NCBI GenBank assembly: GCA_963697835.1
Contig: CAVOPG010000002.1
Location: 2,243,256 to 2,307,255 of the forward strand
From: an uncultured Acidobacteriota bacterium
GTDB lineage: Bacteria > Acidobacteriota > Vicinamibacteria > Fen-336
Reading direction: 5' to 3'
Length of the DNA: 64,000 nt
In this document: positions 38,938 to 48,107 of the stretch, in pieces
How positions within the stretch are numbered: position 1 is the first letter of the stretch
How the letters are laid out: each line of letters opens with the position of its first letter
Program-made: the position numbers and the translations under genes
Notes under the pieces: generated by a model
Seen by the model: only the letters and a program-made list of their open reading frames with translations
Told to the model about the DNA's origin: nothing
Database searches by the model: none

Positions 38938-39465
38938 GTGACCCACGGGACCGCCGCCGCCTCCTCGCCGGGCGTGATCTACCTGGCCGACGCGACGAGA
39001 CGCTTCCGCGAGACGAAGTCGCAGGCCGACCGGGCGCTGGCGCAGGTGCCGTTTGAGCGGTGGCCGGTTCGGCTCGACCCCGGCTCGAACAGCCTGGTCA
39101 CGCTCGTGCTGCACATCTCGGGCAACCAGGTTTCGCGCTGGACCGACTTCCTGAGCACCGACGGCGAGAAGCCCGACCGCCACCGCGACGCCGAGTTCGA
39201 GGACGCCTCCCTGTCGCGCGACGAGCTGCTGGCGCGCTGGGAGCGCGGGTGGGCGTGCCTCTTCGCCGCGCTCGCGCCCCTCGGCGAGGACGACCTCGCC
39301 CGGCCGGTCGTCATCCGCGGCCAGTCGATGGCCGTCGTCGAGGCGATCAACCGGCAGATCGCCCACTACGCGCTTCACGTCGGCCAGATGCTCTTCCTGG
39401 CGAAGCACCTGGCCGGGGAAGGCTGGCAGTCGCAGAGCGTGCCGCGCCGCGCCGCACGAGCCTGA
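38938..39465 (+). CDS. DinB superfamily protein (DUF1572)
   Basis: GTG start follows GAGGAGG. VLHISGNQVSRWTDFLSTDGEKPDRHRDAEFED...AINRQIAHYALHVGQMLFLAKHL. Confidence 0.7.
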   Translation: MTHGTAAASSPGVIYLADATRRFRETKSQADRALAQVPFERWPVRLDPGSNSLVTLVLHISGNQVSRWTDFLSTDGEKPDRHRDAEFEDASLSRDELLARWERGWACLFAALAPLGEDDLARPVVIRGQSMAVVEAINRQIAHYALHVGQMLFLAKHLAGEGWQSQSVPRRAARA

Positions 39466-39466
39466 G

Positions 39467-40297
39467 ATGTTCGAGACACTCGTCGCCGGAGCGATCGGGG
39501 CGTTGGCCGGCGGCCTCGCCTGGGTGATCGCTCGACGGAGCGGCCCCGCCGGGAGCCCGCGGCACCGGGCGGTTCTGCTCGTGTCGTTCGTCGCCTTCTT
39601 CACGCTCGGCAACGCGGCGCTCATGCCCCACGCGCGTGCCTGGAAGCAGGAGCGCGACGTCGAGGCCCTGCTCGCGAGCGAGCCGCTCTTCGCGGCGGTC
39701 CTCGCGGACGAGCCCTCCCTGCGCGAGCCGCTGCGCGACGGCCTGCTGAGGGCCTTCCGCAGCGGCGAGCGCGGCGAGGCTCTCCTGGTGGGGCAACGGC
39801 TGCTCAGCCCGCGGCTGTGGCGGTACGTGCCGGAGGCCTCCGACGCGGCCGCCCTCGGGCTCGGCCGCGCCCTGGTCGCGACCCTCACCGACCTGCAGGC
39901 GCGCGACCCGGAGCAGTGCTACCGCTCCCTCTACCCGGCGGTGGCGGGGCCACCGCGGGGCGGCGCCGCCGCCCGGGACGACCAGCTCCTGGCCGCCCTG
40001 CGCGACGTCGTCGTGTCCGCCCGCGACGGGTCGGCCGAGCCGCTCGATCGGCGCGCGGCCGCGAAGCAGCTCGACGCGGTGTACGGGCGGCTTCGCGAGC
40101 GCCACGGCGACGACGTCGATGCCCTCGAGAAGCCCCAGGCCCCCGGCGCGAACCGCACCCGGGTGTGCGCGATGACGATCGCCCTCTACTCGGAGCTGGT
40201 CGCGCTACCTGCCGCTGCCGCCGGCCAGACGCTGCGACACACGCTGGGCCCGGCCGAGAAGCCGGTCGCCGACGGCGGGCCGGTGTCCAGCCGCTGA
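39467..40297 (+). CDS. Hypothetical membrane-anchored protein
   Basis: Intact 276-aa ORF whose ATG lies 1 nt after the upstream stop. It has two N-terminal hydrophobic segments. No family recognised. Confidence 0.5.
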   Translation: MFETLVAGAIGALAGGLAWVIARRSGPAGSPRHRAVLLVSFVAFFTLGNAALMPHARAWKQERDVEALLASEPLFAAVLADEPSLREPLRDGLLRAFRSGERGEALLVGQRLLSPRLWRYVPEASDAAALGLGRALVATLTDLQARDPEQCYRSLYPAVAGPPRGGAAARDDQLLAALRDVVVSARDGSAEPLDRRAAAKQLDAVYGRLRERHGDDVDALEKPQAPGANRTRVCAMTIALYSELVALPAAAAGQTLRHTLGPAEKPVADGGPVSSR

Positions 40298-40307
40298 TCG
40301 CGGCGTG

Positions 40308-41466
40308 CTAGCCCTTCTTCGCGTTCCAGGCGGCGAGGACCTGCGCCTCCCGGTCGGGAGCGATGCCGGCGCGGAGCTTCGACTGGCGCTCCGACGGCAG
40401 GGCCTTCCACCACGCCAGCGTGTCGGCCGCGGTCTCGGCGAGCGGCCGGAAGGAGAGGCCGGCGGCAATCGCCTTCTGGTTCCGGCGGCGGCTCGCGCCC
40501 GCGGTGTCGCCAGCGGCGGGGATCCAGACCGGCATGTCGCCCCAGGGAGCTGACCTTCTGCTGCTCGAGGAAGTCCGAAGGCGCCCACACGAGACGGGCC
40601 TTCGAGCCGATGCCTCCCTGGATGCCGTCGAGCATCCCGCCCATCGCGAGCTCGGAGGCGGGCCCCATGGCGTTGAAGACGCCGAGGGTCGGCACCTCCA
40701 CCATCCGGATCGTCCACTCGGCGAGGTCGCGGGCGTCGATGAACTGCACCGGGTCCTTCCCGTCGCCGGGGGCGAGGACGTCTCCGCCGCGGTCGAGGCG
40801 CACCGGCCAGTACGTGAACCGGTCGCTCTCGTCGCCGGGGCCGACGATGAGCCCCGGGCGGACGACCGTGCTGATGCCCGGGAACCACTTCTCCCCTTCC
40901 TTCTCGGAGAGCGCCTTGAGCGGGCCGTAGAGCCCCTCGATGTCGGCGCGCAGGGTCTCCTGCGTCTCCTTCATCGGGTCGGCACCCTTGTAGGGGGCGA
41001 CGGGCGCCGTCTCGTCCTGCCCGGGGTCCTTGTCGGAGGCGTAGACGGACAGCGTCGAGATGAAGACGTAGTGCTTGACCTTGCCCTTCAGCACCTGCCC
41101 CGCGTCGCGCACCCAGAAGGGCAGTGACGTCGGGTTGTCGATGCACACGTCCCACTCGCGGCCGGCGAGGGCCTTGAGGTCGCCGGTGTTGCGGTCGCCC
41201 ACCAGCTCCTCGACCGGCGCCGGCCACTCCTTCGGCCGGCGGCCGCGGTTGAAGAGGGTGAGCTTGTGGCCCCGCGCGAGCGCGTAGCGGACCTGGTGCG
41301 GGCCGGTGAAGCCGGTGCCGCCGAGGATGAGGATGCGGAGCGGCTTCGGCGCTTCGGCGACGGGCGCCTTGCCCGGGGTCTCGCGCGCGAAGCCGAGCGC
41401 CGGCCGAAGGCCGAGCCCCACCGCCCCGGCGCCGGCGAGCTTCAGCAGGTCCCTGCGAGTGGTCAT
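40308..41466 (-). pseudogene. NAD-dependent epimerase/dehydratase (SDR) with TAT signal, single frame change
   Basis: MTTRRDLLKLAGAGAVGLG (TAT signal), then ILILGGTGFTGPHQV (Rossmann motif). The body is good to ...FLEQQKVS. It continues in ORF 40308..40535 (PWGDMPVWIPAAGDTAGASRRRNQKAIAAGLSFRPL...AAWNAKKG*). The junction is near 40551 and behaves as +1. Confidence 0.75.
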
Positions 41467-41508
41467 CACACCCTCCCGTGGATCGCCGACGGTACCACGG
41501 ACGCGGCG

Positions 41509-42756
41509 CTACCAGCGGCGCGGGGCGTTCTTCACGCAGCGCACGGTGTCCCGCGCGATGAGCAGCTCCTCGTTCGTCGGGATGACGAAGGTGCGGATTC
41601 GGGCGCCTTCGGCGCTGACGTCGCCCTCCTTGCCCCCGACCGCGGCCTGGTTCTTCGCGGGGTCGATCGCGATGCCCAGGAAGTCCATGTCCTTGCCGAT
41701 CCGGGCGCGGATCTCGGCCGAGTTCTCCCCGATGCCGCCGGTGAAGACGATCGCCTCCGCGCCGTTCATCTGCGCGAGGTAGGAGCCGAGGTAGTGCTTC
41801 ACGCGCAGGCAGAAGATCTCGATCGCGAGCCGCGCCCGGCGGTCCTGGTGGACGCGCTCCTCCTCGAGGAGCTCCCGCATGTCGTTGGTGAGCCCGGAGA
41901 CGCCGAGGAGGCCGGACTGCTTGTTGAGGAGGGTGTCGATCTCCTGGAACGACATCCCCTCCTTGTGGTGCAGGAACTCGAGGACGGAGGGGTCGATGTT
42001 CCCGCCGCGGGTGCCCATGACGAGGCCCTCGAGAGGGGTGAGTCCCATCGAGGTGTTGATCGACTCGCCCTTCTGGATCGCGCAGGCCGAGCAGCCGTTG
42101 CCGAGGTGCACGGTGATGATGTTCGTGTCCTCGTACGACTTCCCGGTCAGGATCCGGTAGCGGTACGCGACGTAGCGGTGCGACGTGCCGTGGAAGCCGT
42201 ACCGGCGGATGCGGTGCCGCACGTAGAGCGGGTAGGGGATCGCGTAGAGGTACGAGACCTCGGGCATCGTGGAGTGGAACGAGGTGTCGAAGACCGCCAC
42301 CTGGGGGACGCCGGGGCCGAGCAGCTCGCGGGCGGCGTAGATGCCCTTGAGGTTGGCCGGGTTGTGGAGGGGGGCGAGGTCGATGCAGTCCTCGATCTGG
42401 TCCACCACCTCGTCGGTGATCTCGACCGAGCGCGTGAACTTCTCGCCGCCGTGCACCGTGCGGTGGCCGACCGCGTGGATGTCGCCGACCGACGCGATGC
42501 CGGGCACTCCCGCCTCGGGCGAGACCAGCCACCGCAGCACGTAGTCGAGCGCGGCGCGGTGGTCGCGGAGCGCCGCCGTGCGCCGCACCGCGGGCTTGCC
42601 CTCGACGCGGAAGGTGACGAGCGACTCGCTGCCGATCCGCTCGATGACTCCGCGGGCGAGCTGCCGGTCGGCGTTCTTCTCGATGGCGTCGAGGTCCGTG
42701 TCGATGACCTGGAACTTGAGGGAGGAGCTGCCGGTGTTGAGGACCAGTACGTTCAT
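41509..42756 (-). CDS. ackA: Acetate kinase
   Basis: Intact 415 aa with [41 protein letters not shown] and FTGGIGENS. Confidence 0.95.
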   Translation of the reverse strand: MNVLVLNTGSSSLKFQVIDTDLDAIEKNADRQLARGVIERIGSESLVTFRVEGKPAVRRTAALRDHRAALDYVLRWLVSPEAGVPGIASVGDIHAVGHRTVHGGEKFTRSVEITDEVVDQIEDCIDLAPLHNPANLKGIYAARELLGPGVPQVAVFDTSFHSTMPEVSYLYAIPYPLYVRHRIRRYGFHGTSHRYVAYRYRILTGKSYEDTNIITVHLGNGCSACAIQKGESINTSMGLTPLEGLVMGTRGGNIDPSVLEFLHHKEGMSFQEIDTLLNKQSGLLGVSGLTNDMRELLEEERVHQDRRARLAIEIFCLRVKHYLGSYLAQMNGAEAIVFTGGIGENSAEIRARIGKDMDFLGIAIDPAKNQAAVGGKEGDVSAEGARIRTFVIPTNEELLIARDTVRCVKNAPRRW

Positions 42757-42903
42757 GAGGCCATCCTAATGGCCCGGCGGCCGGCGTCGGGAGAGCCAAA
42801 CGGTCCAGTACCCGGTGCCCCCCCGCCGCGCTCATCCGCTCCATTCCCGTCGCGCATGGGCGCCCGCCCGCGTGCTAGACTCCGCGCCTCGACGGAGGAG
42901 AAC

Positions 42904-43272
42904 ATGCTCAAGGGTTTCCGCGACTTCCTCATGCGCGGCAACGTGGTGGAGCTCGCCACGGCCGTGATCATCGGGGCCGCCTTCGGCGGCGTCGTGGACG
43001 GGCTCATCAAGGGGGTCATCGATCCGCTGATCGCGGTGCTCGCGCCCGGCGAGGTGAAGGAGCTGCAGAACGCGCTCGTCTTCGGGCCGTTCCACATCGG
43101 CCTCGTCCTCTCGGCGTTCGTCAATTTCCTCCTGAAGGCCGGGGTCGTCTACTTCTTCATCGTCCGGCCGTTCGCGAACTTCGCCGCGAAGCTCGCGGCG
43201 GCGCCGGCGCCGCCCGCGGCCGAGGTCCAGCTGCTCACCGAGATCCGCGACCTGCTGAAGGACAAGAAGTAG
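42904..43272 (+). CDS. mscL: Large-conductance mechanosensitive channel
   Basis: MLKGFRDFLMRGNVVELATAVIIGAAFGGVVDGLIKGVIDPLI... RBS GGAGGAG. Confidence 0.95.
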   Translation: MLKGFRDFLMRGNVVELATAVIIGAAFGGVVDGLIKGVIDPLIAVLAPGEVKELQNALVFGPFHIGLVLSAFVNFLLKAGVVYFFIVRPFANFAAKLAAAPAPPAAEVQLLTEIRDLLKDKK

Positions 43273-43295
43273 AATCGCCGACAGCCTCGCGAACT

Positions 43296-43597
43296 TCAGG
43301 CCTCGATCACGATCAGGTGCTCAGGTCCTGCCCCCCGGACGGCTTTCAGGGGAATCGACCGGTCGAACGTGGCCAGCCGGCCGCCGTGGGCCCTGGCGAG
43401 CCCCAGCAGGTAGACGTCCGTGAGCTGGCGGTGGCTGACGGCCAGGCTGAAGAGCTCGGCGGCGAGAGAGAGATGTCGTCGGGCCAGAAGACGTGGTGGC
43501 CGCTGGCGCGGAAGGTCCGGAGGTGGTCGGCGACGACGTGCTCGGGATCGAAGAGGGCGACGAGGACGTTCACGTCCAATAGAGCCGGCCGTCTCAC
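43296..43597 (-). pseudogene. vapC: PIN-domain toxin (VapC) with a frame change in a (TC)n run and an apparent internal deletion
   Basis: MRRPALLDVNVLVALFDPEHVVADHLRTFRASGHHVFWPDDISL is in one frame. AAELFSLAVSHRQLTDVYLLGLARAHGGRLATFDRSIPLKAVRGAGPEHLIVIEA* is in another. The junction lies in the plus-strand gagagagaga run at 43464-43473 and behaves as +2. The reconstructed length is only about 99 aa. The segment normally found between the first Asp region and the H.FWPDD motif seems to be missing. Confidence 0.65.
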
Positions 43598-43821
43598 GGC
43601 TCGTCACGCAGCCGGTTGACGAGCTCCGGGGTCGGCTTGGGCCCTCCCGCGGGACGTCGAGGCAGCAGCGGGACGCCGTTGCGCACGCGAAACCGGCGCC
43701 TCGGCTCGAGCGCCTTCCGGGCCAGCTCCGAAATCACCCTCCCGGCGGTCGTGCCCCGGTTGGCCGCGAGGTCCTTCGCCGCCTGCAGGATGTCGTCGTC
43801 GATCTCGAGGGTGGTCCTCAT
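43594..43821 (-). CDS. vapB: Type II antitoxin (VapB-like)
   Basis: MRTTLEIDDDILQAAKDLAANRGTTAGRVISELARKALEP... The stop overlaps the toxin ATG by 4 nt. Confidence 0.7.
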   Translation of the reverse strand: MRTTLEIDDDILQAAKDLAANRGTTAGRVISELARKALEPRRRFRVRNGVPLLPRRPAGGPKPTPELVNRLRDEP

Positions 43822-43891
43822 TGTCGTATCATCTCGCATCACGCATCCGGGGGCACCGGGATAGAATGGGTTTCTCGTTCCCGGAGAGCCC

Positions 43892-45080
43892 ATGCCCATC
43901 TACCACCAGCTGGGGCGCGTGCCCCGCAAGCGCCACGTCGCCTTCCGCAAGGACGACGGCTCGCTCCACTACGAGGAGCTCGTCGGCAACCAGGGCTTCA
44001 CCGGACCCTCGTCGCTCCTCTACCACCTGCGCCTGCCCACCGCGGTCACGAGCGTTCGCCCGATCCGGGGCCTCGGCTGGGTGGCGGAAGCCGGAGCGCG
44101 TGGTGCGCCACCGCCACTTCCGCACCTCCGGCCTCGCGACCGGGCCGAGCCCGGTCCTCGACCGCGTGCCGCTCCTCTTCAACGCGGACGTCGCGATCTC
44201 GATGGCGCGCCCGCGGAAGGAGGACGCCTTCTTCTACCGCAACGGCCAGGGCGACGAGGTCGTGTTCGTGGTGGAGGGCGAAGGGGTCGCTCGAGTCGCC
44301 CTTCGGCGACCTCGCCTACCGGCCCGGCGACTACGTCGTCATCCCGCGCGGGATCCTGCACCGGTGGCGCCTGGGCCCGGGACCCACGCGCGCTCCTCGT
44401 CATCGAGAGCGCCGGCTACGTCCGCACGCCGACGCGCTACCGCAACGAGCACGGCCAGCTCACCGAGATGGCGCCCTTCTCCGAGCGCGACATCCGCCGG
44501 CCGGAGCGCCTCGTGACGCACGACGAGACCGGCGAGTTCCCGATCGTGGTGAAGAGCGGCAACCGCCTCGTGGAGATGGTGATGCCGCACCACCCCTTCG
44601 ACGTCGTGGGCTGGGACGGCTACTACTACCCCTGGGCCTTCAGCATCCACGACTTCGAGCCGCGCGTCGGCCGCGTGCACCTGCCGCCGCCGGTGCACCA
44701 GACCTTCGAGGGCGAGGGCTTCGTCGTCTGCTCGTTCTGCCCGCGGCCCTACGACTTCGAGCCCGAGGCGGTCTCGGCGCCCTACAGCCACCAGAACGTG
44801 ATGTCCGACGAGGTGCTCTTCTACGCGAACGCCGAGTTCATGAGCCGCAAGGGCATCGAGCTCGGCTCGATCACGCTCCACCCCGACGGGTTGCCGCACG
44901 GCCCGCAGCCGGGCAAGACCGAGGAGTCGATCGGGGCCACGAGCACGAACGAGCTCGCGGTGATGGTCGACACCTTCCGGCCCCTGCTCGTGAGCCGCGA
45001 GGCGCTCGCGATCGAGGACGCCTGCGTACCAGCTCTCCTGGCTCGATCCGCAGCCCGGCGAGCTGCCGGGCGGAGAGTGA
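43892..45080 (+). pseudogene. hmgA: Homogentisate 1,2-dioxygenase (short cupin-type), 4 frame changes
   Basis: MPIYHQLGRVPRKRHVAFRKDDGSLHYEELVGNQGFTGPSSLLYHLRLPTAV is in the frame of 43892. ERVVRHRHFRTSGLATGPSPVLDRVPLLFNADVAISMARPRKEDAFFYRNGQGDEVVFVVEGEG is in the frame of 43821. SLESPFGDLAYRPGDYVVIPRGILHRWRLGP is in the frame of 43420. The protein then returns to DPRALLVIESAGYVRTP...PHHPFDVVGWDGYYYPWAFSIHDFEP...APYSHQNVMSDEVLFY...LHPDGLPHGPQPG...AIED and ends with PAYQLSWLDPQPGELPGGE* (stop 45078-45080). The shifts fall near 44080-44100, 44285 (GGGG run), 44380 and 45020, and all behave as +1. Confidence 0.8.
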
Positions 45081-45112
45081 GCCCCGCGAGTCGCCGGACG
45101 GGCGGGCGAGAA

Positions 45113-46048
45113 ATGACCGCGGCACGGGCCCTGCTGGCCGGGCTCGTGGACTACGCCGGCCTCTTCCCTCCGGCGGCGCTGTCGATGGAGGAGGCGGTCG
45201 CGGAGTACGCCCGGTGGCGACGGTCGCCGGAGGCGTGGATGCTCGGTCGCTTCGTGCTGCCGGCCGCGCGGCTCGTCGAGCTCGCGCGGCGCCGCCGACG
45301 CCCACCTGCCCGAGCCCGGCGCCGGCGAGCCCTGGCGACTGAGCGCGCTCCTCGGCGCCGACGTGCACGGCGACTCGGCGCTCGTGACGTCGTTCAACGC
45401 GCGCGAACGCAGGACGTGCGGTCGTGGACGCGGTCGAGCTGAAGGCGGGGAGCGCCGAAGGACGCCGAGGCTGCCCTCGAGGCGCTGCCGCCCGGCCTCG
45501 CCGCCTTCGTCGAGGTGCCGCTCGGCGGCGATCTCGCCGGCGTGCTCGCCGACACTGGGCCGTCGCCGGCGCGCGCCAAGGTCCGCACCGGCGGCGTCGT
45601 CCCGGAGGCCATCCCCGACCCCGCCGACCTCGCCCGCTTCATCGCCGCCTGCGCCACGGCGGGGGTGCCGTGGAAGGCCACCGCCGGGCTCCACCACCCG
45701 GTCCGCGGCGAGCGGGCGCTCACCTACGAGCCGGGGGGCCCGCGCGCGGTGATGCACGGCTTCCTGAACGTGTTCGCCGCGGCCGCCTTCGCCCGCGCGG
45801 GCGCCGCGCTCGCCGACCTCGAGGCCGTCCTGCGCGAGGAGGAGGCCTCGGCCTTCCGCCTCGACGAAGACGGCCTCGCCTGGCGCCACCTCCGCGTCTC
45901 GGCGGACGACGTCCTCGAGGCCCGCCGCGACTTCGCCACGTCCTTCGGCTCCTGCTCCTTCGCCGAGCCCGTGGCCGACCTGCGCGCGCTCGGGGTGCTT
46001 GCCCTGGCCGAGGGGCCGGGAGCGGCCCTCGCGCGGGAGACCCCGTGA
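45113..46048 (+). pseudogene. Conserved-looking hypothetical protein between hmgA and fahA, 3 frame changes
   Basis: The segments, in order, are MTAARALLAGLVDYAGLFPPAALSMEEAVAEYARWRRSPEAWMLGRFVLPAARLVELA, then GAADAHLPEPGAGEPWRLSALLGADVHGDSALVTSFNAR, then AGRAVVDAVELKAGSAE. The last segment is DAEAALEALPPGLAAFVEVPLGGDLAGVLADTGPSPARAKVRTGGVVPEAIPDPADLARFIAACATAGVPWKATAGLHHPVRGE...FGSCSFAEPVADLRALGVL... The shifts fall near 45287, 45408 and 45460, and all behave as +1. I recognise no family. Confidence 0.55.
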
Positions 46049-47376
46049 TCCCGAAGACCGACGACACGCACGACGCGTCGCTCCGCAGCTGGGTCGAGTC
46101 GGCGAACGATCCCGCCACCGACTTCCCCGTCCAGAACCTGCCCCTCGGCGTCTTCCGCCGCGGGGGCGCGCGGCCCGCGCGAATCGGGTGCGCCATCGGG
46201 GACCAGGTCCTCGACCTCGCCGCCTGCGCGGAGCGGGGTCTCCTGCGCGGGCTGCCGTCCGACGTGGAGGACGCCTGCCGCGGGACGAGCCTCAACGCGC
46301 TCATGGCCCTCGAGGCGCGGGTGCGCGGCACGCTGCGTCACCGCCTGAGCCACCTGCTGCGGGCGGAGGGCGGCTTCGTGACCGCCCGCAGCGACGCGGC
46401 GCAGGTGCTGGTGCGCCAGGCGGACGTCGAGATGCTCCTCCCGGCGAAGGTCGGCGACTACACCGACTTCTACGCCTCGGTCTTCCACGCGACGAACGTC
46501 GGCAAGATGCTGCGCCCCGACAACCCGCTGCTGCCGAACTACAAGTGGGTGCCGATCGGCTACCACGGCCGCGCCTCGTCGCTCGTGGTGAGCGGGACTG
46601 CCGTCAAGCGGCCGAGCGGCCAGACGGAGACGGCCGGCGGCGGGCCGCCTGGCTTCGGCCCGAGCCGCAACCCTCGACTACGAGCTCGAGGTCGGCGCCT
46701 TCCTGGGCCCGGGCAACGCGCTCGGGGAGCCGGTCCCCCTGGCGGAGGCCGAGGGCCGGATCTTCGGCCTCTGCCTCGTGAACGACTGGTCGGCCCGCGA
46801 CCTGCAGAAGTGGGAGTACCAGCCGCTCGGGCCCTTCCTCGCCAAGAGCTTCGCGACCTCGGTGAGCCCGTGGGTGGTGACCCTGGAGGCGCTCGCGCCG
46901 TACCGCGTGCCCGGCCTTCGCCCGGCCCGAAGGCGACCCGCGGCCCCTGCCGTACCTCACGCACGAGGAGAACGAGGCGCACGGCGGGATCGACCTGCGG
47001 CTCGAGGCGCTCCTCCTCACGCCGACGATGCGCGAGCGAGGGCTGCCGCCGCATCACGGTGAGCCGGAGCAACCTCCGCGACCTGTACTGGACCCTCGCC
47101 CAGATGGTGGCGCACCACGCGTCGAACGGCTGCAACCTCCAGCCCGGCGACCTGATCGCGAGCGGAACGGTGTCGGGAGAGGACGAGGAGGCGCGGGGCT
47201 GCCTCCTGGAGAGGACGTGGCGCGGGACGATGCCCCTGGCGCTCCCTTCGGGGGAGGAGCGGCGCTTCCTGGAGGACGGCGACGAGGTGATCCTGCGCGG
47301 CCACTGCGAGCGCGAGGGCTTCGCGCGGATCGGCTTCGGCGAGTGCCGAGGGGTGGTGACGGGGGCGACCGGCTGA
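46045..47376 (+). pseudogene. fahA: Fumarylacetoacetase, 3 frame changes
   Basis: The GTG start overlaps the upstream stop (GTGA). SWVESANDPATDFPVQNLPLGVFRR...[56 protein letters not shown]...FGPSRN is in frame 1. [80 protein letters not shown] is in frame 2. [46 protein letters not shown] is in frame 0. The protein returns to frame 1 with [42 protein letters not shown]... The shifts fall near 46672 (CCC run), 46913 (GG run) and 47046-47056, and all behave as +1. Confidence 0.85.
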
Positions 47377-47382
47377 CGCTGG

Positions 47383-47739
47383 CTAGTCCGGCGTCGCGAG
47401 GCCAAGAACGAGCCGCACGCCGTCCTCGACCTGCCGTAGCGTCGCGGGAGGCAGACGGCCGATCCTCGCCCCGAGAAAGCGCCGGTCGAGAGTCGAGATC
47501 TGCGTCACGTTGACGACTGAGGGCTCCGCCAGCCCCGTCCCGCGGGGGCGGCAGGCGACGTTGCCGGGTGCTTCGGCGAGACGCAGGTTGGTCGTCAGCG
47601 ACACGACCACGACCGTCTGGAGCTTGCTTCGGTTGAAGCTGTCGGCTTGGACCACCAGCACCGGGCGCCGTAGCGCCGGCTCCGACCCCCGCGGCTCGCC
47701 GAGGTCGGCCCACCACAGCTCACCTTTCTGGACCGTCAT
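47383..47739 (-). CDS. mazF: Type II toxin, MazF/PemK family endoribonuclease
   Basis: Intact 118 aa. MTVQKGELWWADLGEPRGSEPALRRPVLVVQADSFNRSKLQTVVVVSLTTNLR is the family signature. Confidence 0.85.
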   Translation of the reverse strand: MTVQKGELWWADLGEPRGSEPALRRPVLVVQADSFNRSKLQTVVVVSLTTNLRLAEAPGNVACRPRGTGLAEPSVVNVTQISTLDRRFLGARIGRLPPATLRQVEDGVRLVLGLATPD

Positions 47740-47969
47740 CTCGACCGTCGCAGCGTGGCCCGGGCGGAGGCCGCGAGAAAGGGATCGGCGGGGCGGGGTG
47801 TGTCCGCATAGACCTCGTCGAGCCGTCGCGTGATTTCGTCCTCCGAGACCGTCGCGAGGAAGGCCTCCATGGCCTTCACATAGATCCGGCTCCGGGGCAC
47901 TCTCAGCCGGCGCGCGACCCGGTCGGCGGCCTGGTGGACGCGGTCGGGAACGGATATCGCGACCTTCAT
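47736..47969 (-). CDS. mazE: Type II antitoxin (ribbon-helix-helix, MazE/CopG-like)
   Basis: MKVAISVPDRVHQAADRVARRLRVPRSRIYVKAMEAFLA... (77 aa). The stop overlaps the mazF ATG by 4 nt. Confidence 0.65.
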   Translation of the reverse strand: MKVAISVPDRVHQAADRVARRLRVPRSRIYVKAMEAFLATVSEDEITRRLDEVYADTPRPADPFLAASARATLRRSR

Positions 47970-47976
47970 GGGCTCA

Positions 47977-47994
47977 GTATGACCGTGGTCATAC
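47977..47994. promoter_or_regulatory. Perfect 18-bp palindrome GTATGACC-GT-GGTCATAC upstream of mazE (candidate MazE operator)
   Basis: Read directly. It starts 8 nt upstream of the mazE ATG, in the divergent spacer shared with hppD. Confidence 0.5.
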
Positions 47995-48107
47995 CGAGGC
48001 GTCAAGACTCCTTCGTCCGGCTGGATCGCCCTCCCCGGTGGCCGGCGCCGCGGCGATGCGTGGTAGCCTATTCGCCATCGGCACCCGGACAGTCCAGGAG
48101 GCAGTCC

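Noticed and set aside
43892-47376. Programmed ribosomal frameshifting or transcriptional slippage as an explanation for the serial +1 shifts.
   Set aside because: Three to four shifts per gene with no shared slippery heptamer, no downstream structure and differing local contexts are incompatible with known recoding signals. Assembly error or decay is far more likely.
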